Assembly (NCBI GenBank): GCA_965116885.1
Contig: OZ220741.1
Location: forward strand, 3,744,001 to 3,808,000
Reading direction: 5' to 3'
DNA length: 64,000 nt
Origin: Candidatus Latescibacterota bacterium
GTDB lineage: Bacteria > Latescibacterota > UBA2968
Part shown: in pieces, positions 56,767 through 64,000 of the stretch
How the letters are laid out: the number at the start of each line of letters is the position of its first letter
Numbering within the stretch: position 1 is the stretch's first letter
Translations under genes and position numbers: made by a program
Notes under the pieces: model-generated
Seen by the model: only the letters and a program-made list of their open reading frames with translations
The model's database searches: none
Told to the model about the DNA's origin: nothing

Positions 56767-57990
56767 TTAGACAATGCATGCTTGTTCAAGCATGGAGTGA
56801 TCTCTCAACGCACGCAGAAAGATTCCACGTGCTCCGTTTATATCTCGATCCATTTGTTGACCATCTTTACTCACCACCGTCTTGCGTCCTCCAAGATTTG
56901 CTATCACTTCACCTGTCCAACTCACTGTCTTGGACGTGTAGGCTTCATTGACAATCAGCACACGCTTGTTGTTCTGCCACGCTTTCCACTGGAGAAAAAT
57001 CTTAAAACGGTGGTGCGCCCAGGTCAGCATACTTCGCACAGACTTTGAACGTATCCTACGCTTCGATCTTTGTATCATATCTGATACATTGAAGGACGGC
57101 AATAAGATCAGATCAAAGTTATCGACAAGCCATCTGGCACACTGATGATGCAACTCATCAACAAGATTGCGAATGCGGCTTCGCATACGTCTTTGTGCAT
57201 GGCGCATACGCTTTTTGCGATAGGATAACTTTTCTCGTTTTGTCCTGCTGATCAAGTTGTCAAGGTGGTGACACATACGAACAATATGACCAAAGTCATT
57301 CTCACCAACCTTGCCACAATTGGTCGGGCTAAAGAAGGTCTGAAAACTCCGTATCCCTGGATCGAGTGCCACCACACGTCCTTGGGTCTCGGTTGCATTG
57401 CGATGGACTTTTTGGGGGACACACAGATAGTAGGCATCTCGTATTTTGACAAGACGACTATCAAAACATTCTTCTGGCAAAGACTCTGACAGTTTTAACA
57501 CGCCAAGTATGGTATGATAAACTCCTTTCTCGCTTATGGTTGACTTGGTGATATAGCAACTCTGTATCGGATGTTTCCTGCTTCTGAAACGCAACTTGGC
57601 GTAGCTCTCGCTATTCTTGCGTTCCTTGTTATATCTGATCACGGCTTTGCAAGACAAGCAGGCCTCCTTGACAGCATTGCGTTTGATCTGGTATGGCACA
57701 GACAAAAACCGCTCTGGAATAACACATGCCTTAATGATGTGCCACATTTTGATGTAATTCGGATAAGGAGCCGCTTCTCCTGTCAGCACTTCTACTGTCT
57801 GGTTGTAGAACCACCGTGCAGCATCCAGCCATACACGGATGATTTGACGCTGATTATTCACTGGATAAACTCTAATCTTCTTTGATTGCCTGTCTGTACC
57901 TTCGTAGTCCGTGCAGGCGACGAGAGAACGTATAGAGGATGGGCAAAATATCTTGTGTGAGTTCCGCTTTGGGGCTTGCACTTGGGTCAT
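56767..57990 (-). CDS. tnpB: IS607 TnpB, Fanzor2-like (rearranged RuvC) RNA-guided nuclease
   Basis: KKIRVYP, ARWFYN, VALDPGIRSF, ILLPSF, VNEAYTSKT, MDRDINGARGI. The frame is open up to 58263, so the true start is uncertain. Confidence 0.85.
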   Translation of the reverse strand: MTQVQAPKRNSHKIFCPSSIRSLVACTDYEGTDRQSKKIRVYPVNNQRQIIRVWLDAARWFYNQTVEVLTGEAAPYPNYIKMWHIIKACVIPERFLSVPYQIKRNAVKEACLSCKAVIRYNKERKNSESYAKLRFRSRKHPIQSCYITKSTISEKGVYHTILGVLKLSESLPEECFDSRLVKIRDAYYLCVPQKVHRNATETQGRVVALDPGIRSFQTFFSPTNCGKVGENDFGHIVRMCHHLDNLISRTKREKLSYRKKRMRHAQRRMRSRIRNLVDELHHQCARWLVDNFDLILLPSFNVSDMIQRSKRRIRSKSVRSMLTWAHHRFKIFLQWKAWQNNKRVLIVNEAYTSKTVSWTGEVIANLGGRKTVVSKDGQQMDRDINGARGIFLRALRDHSMLEQACIV

Positions 57991-58360
57991 TGAGAACCAG
58001 AACCTCGTTCCCGTTTTGCTGTGCCATCCATTCGATGAGTTCAAAGCCAAATCTTGCAAGGCGGTCTTTGTTGGCAACCACAATCTGGAGCTTTTCTCCG
58101 CGATGTAGTCGTTCCAGTAACTTGAGGAGTCCTTTTCGCTTGTAGTTGAGTCTGCCGCTAGTGTCTCTGACAATTTCCGATCCTTTGAATTGCTCTTGCA
58201 TTGACGAAATTTGTTTTTTAAGGTCGTCTTTTTGGTTTTTGATACTAACTCGGCAGTAGCCAAACAACGGTCGCGTCACTTGCTCGGCGCAAGAAGTCAT
58301 CGACAGCCTAACGGCTATACCCACCCTCCGTACGAAAAGTCTTTATGCATCCCAACGTTG
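57872..58360 (-). pseudogene. tnpA: IS607 TnpA serine recombinase, disrupted
   Basis: YCRVS..QKDDL..Q, SGRLNYKRKGL, KDRLARFGFELI, SRRLHGLR. The upstream frame IKTFRTEGGYSR*AVDDFLRRASDATVV has a TAG at 58310-58308 and needs a frameshift near 58262 to join. Confidence 0.75.
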
Positions 58361-58390
58361 CCACTTTTTGTTACTTTGCATCACCTTCAG

Positions 58391-58432
58391 ATTTTTCAAA
58401 TGTGTTGTGGACTTACAACATGGTTGAAAAAT
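58391..58432. other. Imperfect hairpin (terminator or IS left-end structure)
   Basis: ATTTTTCAA..TGTTGT...ACAACA..TTGAAAAAT. Confidence 0.4.
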
Positions 58433-58437
58433 GGGCA

Positions 58438-59742
58438 TCATTCCCACTGCTTTCCCCATAACTTCTGTGCAATCTCCGCGACATTCAATTGATCGATGTC
58501 GTCTCCAATAACTTTTCGCAAATTCTCATACCGAGTACTCTGCATACCACCGCGCGACGACTTGACATATTGAGTCTCATTGAGTGCTCCACAGAAGTAG
58601 AGTTGCCCAGGTGCATTGTCCCAGCCGAGTAACGCCTTTGTGTCTTTGAGACTTTCGATGATTTTGTTGTCGTACTCATCGGTATCTCGCCCTTCCATCA
58701 ACGTCTTTTTTAGATTTACCCCGTCATATTTAATATCAAAAATACTATCAATCTCCAAAATTGCCCGTACGGCCTTGTCTTTGTATAACCCCAAAAACCG
58801 ATGCCTCTTGCTATAACGACGATCTGATGGACAAAAGTAAACGCCGTATTTTTTGTTTATCTCAAGGCTGTTACCACAAGGTACCATTCTCATAAGATAT
58901 TTCGATGGATCGAAGGATTGCGCTTGGACAGCGAATTGCCTGTTGAGATAATCCATAGATTTTCGAAGTTCTGCTCTCGCATCGCCCGGGGGGATGCTGC
59001 ATTCAAAACCGCAGTAGTAATCGTAACCGATGTCGGACAGTGATTTGAGGGGGGGACCAAAATCCGTGTGACCATAGCCCGGCAAAATGCGATTGCTGTC
59101 GGCCAGATGTACATTGGCGATGTGTTTATCCCCTGCGCGGATGGCGTCGGCGAGGTCGGCTTCCTCGATGCTCATGTGGAAGAGATCAGCCATGGTGGCG
59201 ATAGATGGGCTGCCCACTGCTTCGCAGATTTCAACGCCCTGAGCAACTGTGCAGGGCCACCACTGTTCGTAGCGGTTCAGGGGTTCGATGATCAGAAGAC
59301 TGTCGCACGCTTCGGCATGCGGTGCGATGTCTCGTTTGAGAATTTCGATGAGGAGATCTTTTTCAAGTGCAGATGTGCTGTACAGGGGAGAAAGATCGGG
59401 AATGCGTTGCCCACCGCCCATTTTGATGCCGATGAGCGGTGGGAATATCACGCCTACACCGCCGACTTCAGCACACAGGGTGAGGGCGTCGTTAATGGAT
59501 TTTACGGCTGTGCGGCGTTCTTCGGGACGTGCGTCGAGCAGGCGATTGCCGCCCCGGGCAGAGCAAATATTGGGCACGATACCCGTCGCGTCTGACGCTG
59601 CTTTGATCTCATCTGCAAAATCTGCGGTGCTGCTATTGGTGATTTCTATGCCGGAAAATCCGAGTTCTTTGAGGGTCTGGAATTTCTCCATCAGGGTGTT
59701 GCCAGGGGCCATGGGTTCGCGAAGAGAATATTTGATGGTCAT
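58438..59742 (-). CDS. Sugar-phosphate isomerase/epimerase (xylose isomerase-like TIM barrel) fused to an unrelated C-terminal domain
   Basis: IEPLNRYE, DLFHM.IEE, VHLADSNR..PG.GH.DF, GFE; about 165 extra residues after YLNRQF. Confidence 0.8.
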   Translation of the reverse strand: MTIKYSLREPMAPGNTLMEKFQTLKELGFSGIEITNSSTADFADEIKAASDATGIVPNICSARGGNRLLDARPEERRTAVKSINDALTLCAEVGGVGVIFPPLIGIKMGGGQRIPDLSPLYSTSALEKDLLIEILKRDIAPHAEACDSLLIIEPLNRYEQWWPCTVAQGVEICEAVGSPSIATMADLFHMSIEEADLADAIRAGDKHIANVHLADSNRILPGYGHTDFGPPLKSLSDIGYDYYCGFECSIPPGDARAELRKSMDYLNRQFAVQAQSFDPSKYLMRMVPCGNSLEINKKYGVYFCPSDRRYSKRHRFLGLYKDKAVRAILEIDSIFDIKYDGVNLKKTLMEGRDTDEYDNKIIESLKDTKALLGWDNAPGQLYFCGALNETQYVKSSRGGMQSTRYENLRKVIGDDIDQLNVAEIAQKLWGKQWE

Positions 59743-59827
59743 AATCAGTTCCGATATGGATTGGGAATTTATGAAAACGCCTACAGACAATATACCGCCT
59801 TATGGATAAAAGGCAAGGTCAGGACGA

Positions 59828-61210
59828 CTATGCTCTCGCGGCTTCCCAACCTTTTTTCAGCACTTTCTCGAGTTCGCTCACTGTTTCGGCATAGCGGACA
59901 TCTTCTGCGGCATTGATGTTTTCCGCCGCATCTTCCCGATGGTCGTAAAGTTCGCGTGCCTTTACCTCTCCTGTATCTCTCGATTGCCATTCTGTGTAGC
60001 GGAAGTCGTCTGTCTTGATGGTGTAGCCCATCACGCCCGAGCGTGGATACTGGCTGAAGGCCGCCTGTTTCCATGTTCTATCTGGATCTTCCATCAAGGG
60101 GACAAAGCTCTGGCCTTCGAGATGATCGGGCAACGGCAGATCGCACAGGTCGCATAGCGATGGGTACATATCGACGAATTCCGTAAGACCGGATGCCTTT
60201 GCGCCCTGCTTGCCGCGTTCTGGCGAGCGGATGATCATTGGGGCGTGTGTATCGATGTCGAAGTTTGTGTGCTTGCACCAGCTGCCGTGTTCGCCGAGTT
60301 TCCAGCCGTGATCTCCCCACAGGATTACAACTGTGTTGTCTTTGAGGCCGAGCCGTTCGATTTCGTCGAGCACGCGACCGACCTGCGCGTCCATATACGA
60401 GACACACGCGCAGTAGCCGTGGACCAGTGTGCGCGATAGGTCCTCGGGTATCGGTCCCTCCTTGGGCATCCCAAAGTAGCCGCGCAGTTCTCCGAATTCA
60501 GTCAGGGAATACTCGGTGACGTTCTCCGGTGCGCTGGTATTCAGGGCGAGTGGCAATGCTTCCCGATCATAACGGTCCCAGTGATGCTTGGGGGCATTGA
60601 AGGGCAGATGGGGTTTGTGAAAGCCCACGGCGAGGAAGAAAGGTTGATCGTGCAATTCGTTGAGGGTTTTGATGGCGTGATCGGCGTCCTTGCCATCGTG
60701 ATAGGCGTCATCGGGCACATCCGCGGCCTCGAAAGCCGGTCCCATACCCCGTCGCGTGGATCCTGTAGCAGCAATTTGTGCATCTGTTCGTTCGATTACT
60801 TCCATCGCTTCATCCGTCAGGTAGCCCCGTCCCTTCCAATCACCTGTTGAGACATGCGGTTCGGTCGTCCATCCTCGCAGATCATCGCTTCGATGGTGAT
60901 AGATTTTTCCGATGGATCGCGTCTCATAGCCGTGCTGCTTGAAGTGCTGTGGTAGCGAGAGTACATCGGGCATGACGGACCGCAAGGGGGTTTGTAGATC
61001 GTATATCGTTGTCGTATCCGGGCGACAGCCGCTCAGAACACTCGCCCGAGAAGGCGCGCATACGGCTTGCTGGCAGTAGGCTCGCTCGAATAGGACGCCC
61101 TCTGCGGCCAATTGGTCGATGTTCGGCGACTGTACGAAATCCTGACCATAACAACCGAGTTGAGGGCGCAGATCATCTACGGCGATGAAGAGTACGTTCA
61201 TTTTTTTCAC
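59828..61210 (-). CDS. Sulfatase (iduronate-2-sulfatase-like S1)
   Basis: NVLFIAVDDLRP, CAPSRAS, GKIYH, GFHKPHLPF, WGDHGW.LGEH..W.K; GGAGG RBS before GTG. Confidence 0.9.
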   Translation of the reverse strand: MKKMNVLFIAVDDLRPQLGCYGQDFVQSPNIDQLAAEGVLFERAYCQQAVCAPSRASVLSGCRPDTTTIYDLQTPLRSVMPDVLSLPQHFKQHGYETRSIGKIYHHRSDDLRGWTTEPHVSTGDWKGRGYLTDEAMEVIERTDAQIAATGSTRRGMGPAFEAADVPDDAYHDGKDADHAIKTLNELHDQPFFLAVGFHKPHLPFNAPKHHWDRYDREALPLALNTSAPENVTEYSLTEFGELRGYFGMPKEGPIPEDLSRTLVHGYCACVSYMDAQVGRVLDEIERLGLKDNTVVILWGDHGWKLGEHGSWCKHTNFDIDTHAPMIIRSPERGKQGAKASGLTEFVDMYPSLCDLCDLPLPDHLEGQSFVPLMEDPDRTWKQAAFSQYPRSGVMGYTIKTDDFRYTEWQSRDTGEVKARELYDHREDAAENINAAEDVRYAETVSELEKVLKKGWEAARA

Positions 61211-61310
61211 ATTTCCTCCCAGAGGCATTGGATTTTTCGTTTTTATTTCGGAGACGCAGAGCAATATAAGGGCTGGAGTGTGAAAATCAAGCCACACAAC
61301 AGATCAAATG

Positions 61311-61340
61311 TTGACAAGACGAGTCTTGTGATGTCATATT
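61311..61340 (+). promoter_or_regulatory. Sigma70-like promoter with overlapping palindromic operator
   Basis: TTGACA at 61311, CATATT at 61335; ACAAGAC-GA-GTCTTGT palindrome at 61314-61329. Confidence 0.45.
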
Positions 61341-61375
61341 ACGGGCAGGTGGTTAGGCCAAACAAGGAGGGTATT

Positions 61376-62278
61376 ATGGCGCAGGATACTGTACGAGAGG
61401 TCGCGACGAGCACGGTTCCCCATAGAGTCCTGGGCAAGACCGGGGAGCGGGTGCCCATTCTGGGATATGGATCTGCCCCCGGTGGGATGGGGCTTTCAGA
61501 TGAGGACGCCATTGCGCTTTGCCATAAGGTGATTGATCTGGGGGTGACGTATATCGATACGGCGCCCGGATATGGTCGGGCGCATGTTCAACTGGGGCAG
61601 GTGATGGCGGAGCGGCGAGATGAGGTGTTTTTGGTGACCAAGACAGCGGCGGATGAAGCGGAACAAGCTCTGAAGATATTGGAGAATGGGCTGAAAGATT
61701 TGCAGACGGATCACGTGGATCTGGTTTACGTGCATTCGATGGGCCGTAGAGATGTAGATCGGGTGCTGGCTCCCGATGGTACGCTGGCAGGGTTGCGGGA
61801 AGCCCGGCGGCGGGGTTGGACGCGATTTATTGGGGTGACAGCGCACAATGCACCCTGGAGGACCGCCCGCGTATTGCGGGAGGCGGATATAGATGTGGTG
61901 ATGCTCGCCATAAATCTCGCGGATCGCTATACTTATAATTTTGAGAATGAGGTGTTGCCTCTGGCGTATGAGCAGAATGTGGGTGTGGCGGCGATGAAGG
62001 TTTACGGCGGGGCGCAGGGAATGACGTATCAAACACCCAGGACTTCGGCTTTGGCTGCGCATGGGCCACACGATCACGAGTTGGCGCTGCGTTACGCGCT
62101 GGGATTGCCCGGCGTTTGCACAGCCGTGATCGGCATGTTTTCGGAGGCAGAGCTTGTGCAGAATCTGGAATGGGCGCGGCGATTTACGCCGCTGAATGCA
62201 GCGGATGGTATTGCTCTTGAGGCTCTTGGTCGAGAGATTGCGGCGGAATGGGGACCGCATTACGGTGCAGTGGAGTAG
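61376..62278 (+). CDS. Aldo/keto reductase
   Basis: R.LGKTG, IDTAPGYG, LVTK, L.TD.VDL...H, IGVT.H, AMK; AGGAGG RBS. Confidence 0.9.
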   Translation: MAQDTVREVATSTVPHRVLGKTGERVPILGYGSAPGGMGLSDEDAIALCHKVIDLGVTYIDTAPGYGRAHVQLGQVMAERRDEVFLVTKTAADEAEQALKILENGLKDLQTDHVDLVYVHSMGRRDVDRVLAPDGTLAGLREARRRGWTRFIGVTAHNAPWRTARVLREADIDVVMLAINLADRYTYNFENEVLPLAYEQNVGVAAMKVYGGAQGMTYQTPRTSALAAHGPHDHELALRYALGLPGVCTAVIGMFSEAELVQNLEWARRFTPLNAADGIALEALGREIAAEWGPHYGAVE

Positions 62279-62286
62279 TGTGAAAA

Positions 62287-64000
62287 ATGGCTGAAATCAA
62301 AAGGAAACTCTTCCCATCATCGGAGTTGGCCGAGGATAGCTTGCGCTGGACCGTCGTGGTGCTTTTCTCGGTCACATTGGTTTTTGCCTGTGTTGCCGCA
62401 ACGTTTTTAGAGTTCAAATCTCGTTCTGCACATATGGCGATGGCGAATCTGCCTCTGGCGGTGTTGTTGCCCTTTGTGGCATGGCTTCTGGTGAATGCTT
62501 TTTTGAAGCGGTTCGCGCCCCGCTTGTCCATGACTTCTGCAGAGTTGAGGCTGGCGTTGAGTATGCTCTGGGTAGGCGGATCGTTTGCAGGGTATAACTG
62601 GATTACACAGTGGGTTGGTGCGATGGCGGCGCCGAGATATTATGCGTCGCCCGAGAACCGGTGGCAGGAGTTGATTTTTGACTATTTGCCCTGGTGGATG
62701 TTTCCTTCGAATTTTCCCGGGGTAACGGAGGGATTTTTTCTGGGCCTGGAGGAAGGTGCGACAGTGCCGTGGGGGGCGTGGATAGCCCCTGTGTTTTGGG
62801 CAATGTCCGCCGGGTTGGCGATGACGGCTATTGGGCTGGGTTTGACGGCGGTGTTCCAGAAGCAGTGGGTTCGGCACGAACGGCTGACGTATCCCCTGGC
62901 GCAGGTTCCGCTCAATTTGACGGAAGGGTTCGACGGCAAGCGCGGCTGGCCTCCGTTTATGCGGAACTGGCTGTTCTGGGTGGGGTTTGTCGTGGCTGCT
63001 CTCCCATTGTTGTGGAATCTGATCGAATACTGGACGCCGGGTTTTCCCAGACTGGCGATTTTTGACCCTTATTACGGTCCAAGGGGTCCCAGGGGCGCTG
63101 CATTGTCGCGTTATTTGCAGCCGTTCTCTTATCGGCTTTTGCCTCCTGTGCTGGGGTTCACATTTTTGTGCGATTTGAATATCTTGTTCAGTATCTGGTC
63201 TTTGTGGCTGGCGGGGCAGGCGGGACTTTACGGAATGTCCAGGGTTGGATTTTCCGTAGGGTTGGCCGGGCAAGAGGCTAAGCCCACTGCAATTTTGGGC
63301 TTGTTTACCCATGGCGTGAGCATGGGGCTGGCGATCTGGGCGATTTGGGTTGCTCGCGGTCATCTGAGAAAGGTTTTTCGGCAGGTGTTACGCCCGCCCA
63401 TAAGCGGGGAAGCGGAAACTGCGATTTTGTCTCCCCGATTAGCCGTTTTTGGGATTTTGGGTGGTGGTATTTATATGGTTTTCTGGCTGTACAGCGCGGG
63501 TTATAGCGCGGGGATTGGGCTGGCCTGGCTGTTGCTTTTCTGGGCGAGTATTCTGGTGGTGATGAAGTTTTTGGCGGCGAGTGGGTTTGCGTATTTGTTT
63601 CCGAGTTTCGGTACGTCGATTCTGGATATAACAGTGGGTGCCAGTCGGATGCAAGACGCCACGCAGGTGGGGCTTCGGCTGGTGAACTGGCGTTTACTGG
63701 CTGGTTGGCGTTTGCCGGCAGCATTGCCCCATGTGGAACGCCTGGTGAGGCCGGCGAAGCGGGTTGGATGGGTGGTAATTGGGAGCTTGATGCTGGGGAT
63801 GCTATCGGCAATTCTCTACACGGTTTCCATCTGCTATGAATCGGGGGGGAGTACTTTCCGCACCTGGTCTCTGGTAGGTGCTCCGGTAGGGATGTACGAG
63901 GGGATTGCCAAGGCGGTTGCAGAAACGAATCCGACTGTGACCGATCCGGGAAAAATTGGTGTGTGGGTTCTGGGCGGTGTGGTTGCGGGCGTTATTCAGG
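62287..64000 (+). CDS. Large polytopic membrane protein (paralog of 12321-14309), runs off the window end
   Basis: Not in the ORF track. Manual translation gives MAEIKRKLFP...MAMANLPLAV...YYASPENRW...KQWVRHERLTYPLAQVP. Confidence 0.75.
   Translation, partial: MAEIKRKLFPSSELAEDSLRWTVVVLFSVTLVFACVAATFLEFKSRSAHMAMANLPLAVLLPFVAWLLVNAFLKRFAPRLSMTSAELRLALSMLWVGGSFAGYNWITQWVGAMAAPRYYASPENRWQELIFDYLPWWMFPSNFPGVTEGFFLGLEEGATVPWGAWIAPVFWAMSAGLAMTAIGLGLTAVFQKQWVRHERLTYPLAQVPLNLTEGFDGKRGWPPFMRNWLFWVGFVVAALPLLWNLIEYWTPGFPRLAIFDPYYGPRGPRGAALSRYLQPFSYRLLPPVLGFTFLCDLNILFSIWSLWLAGQAGLYGMSRVGFSVGLAGQEAKPTAILGLFTHGVSMGLAIWAIWVARGHLRKVFRQVLRPPISGEAETAILSPRLAVFGILGGGIYMVFWLYSAGYSAGIGLAWLLLFWASILVVMKFLAASGFAYLFPSFGTSILDITVGASRMQDATQVGLRLVNWRLLAGWRLPAALPHVERLVRPAKRVGWVVIGSLMLGMLSAILYTVSICYESGGSTFRTWSLVGAPVGMYEGIAKAVAETNPTVTDPGKIGVWVLGGVVAGVIQ

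Larger units (their letters stand above)
56728..58400 (-). mobile_element. IS607-family element (decayed tnpA + intact tnpB); boundaries approximate
   Basis: Serine-recombinase tnpA overlapping tnpB; candidate right end ...AAAGGATCGG ending at a GG 39 nt past the tnpB stop. Confidence 0.75.

Noticed and set aside
62407..63363. 318-aa minus-strand ORF
   Set aside because: Antisense shadow of the membrane-protein gene starting at 62287; no recognisable motifs.

Overview
Bacterial (diderm, GC-moderate) genomic window. The many PQQ-like beta-propellers, PhyH dioxygenases, sulfatases and paired multi-TM 'QW..ERL.YP' membrane proteins suggest a Latescibacterota/Poribacteria/PVC-like lineage (inference only). 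(1) 1-15.1 kb: housekeeping and accessory genes (TPR/Slt-like, sugar-phosphate nucleotidyltransferase, Rpn nuclease, UvrD-exonuclease fusion, lpxH, glpK, purC, membrane protein, PhyH). (2) 15.2-41.7 kb, the main candidate novel system: a co-oriented, tightly coupled ~23.5 kb operon with flanking propeller genes. It combines six PQQ-like beta-propeller proteins with a GriC/EhpF-like adenylating enzyme, a GriD-like ALDH lacking the general-base Glu, an Fe-ADH, a HemN-like radical SAM enzyme, a TonB receptor, a PaaK-like CoA ligase, a flavin-dependent halogenase-like enzyme, a CxxC-bearing GT4, a DMT protein, a hot-dog thioesterase and a LolD/FtsX-type ABC exporter. It looks like an uncharacterised small-molecule or cofactor biosynthesis and trafficking cluster with no PKS/NRPS core. 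(3) 41.8-64 kb: TAXI-TRAP transporter, oligosaccharide lyase, dehydratase, sulfatases, rhaA, PhyH pair, an FTR catalytic subunit, and an IS607 element with a decayed tnpA and an intact Fanzor-like (rearranged RuvC) TnpB. No rRNA, tRNA or CRISPR array was seen. All family calls come from motif recognition, not database searches.
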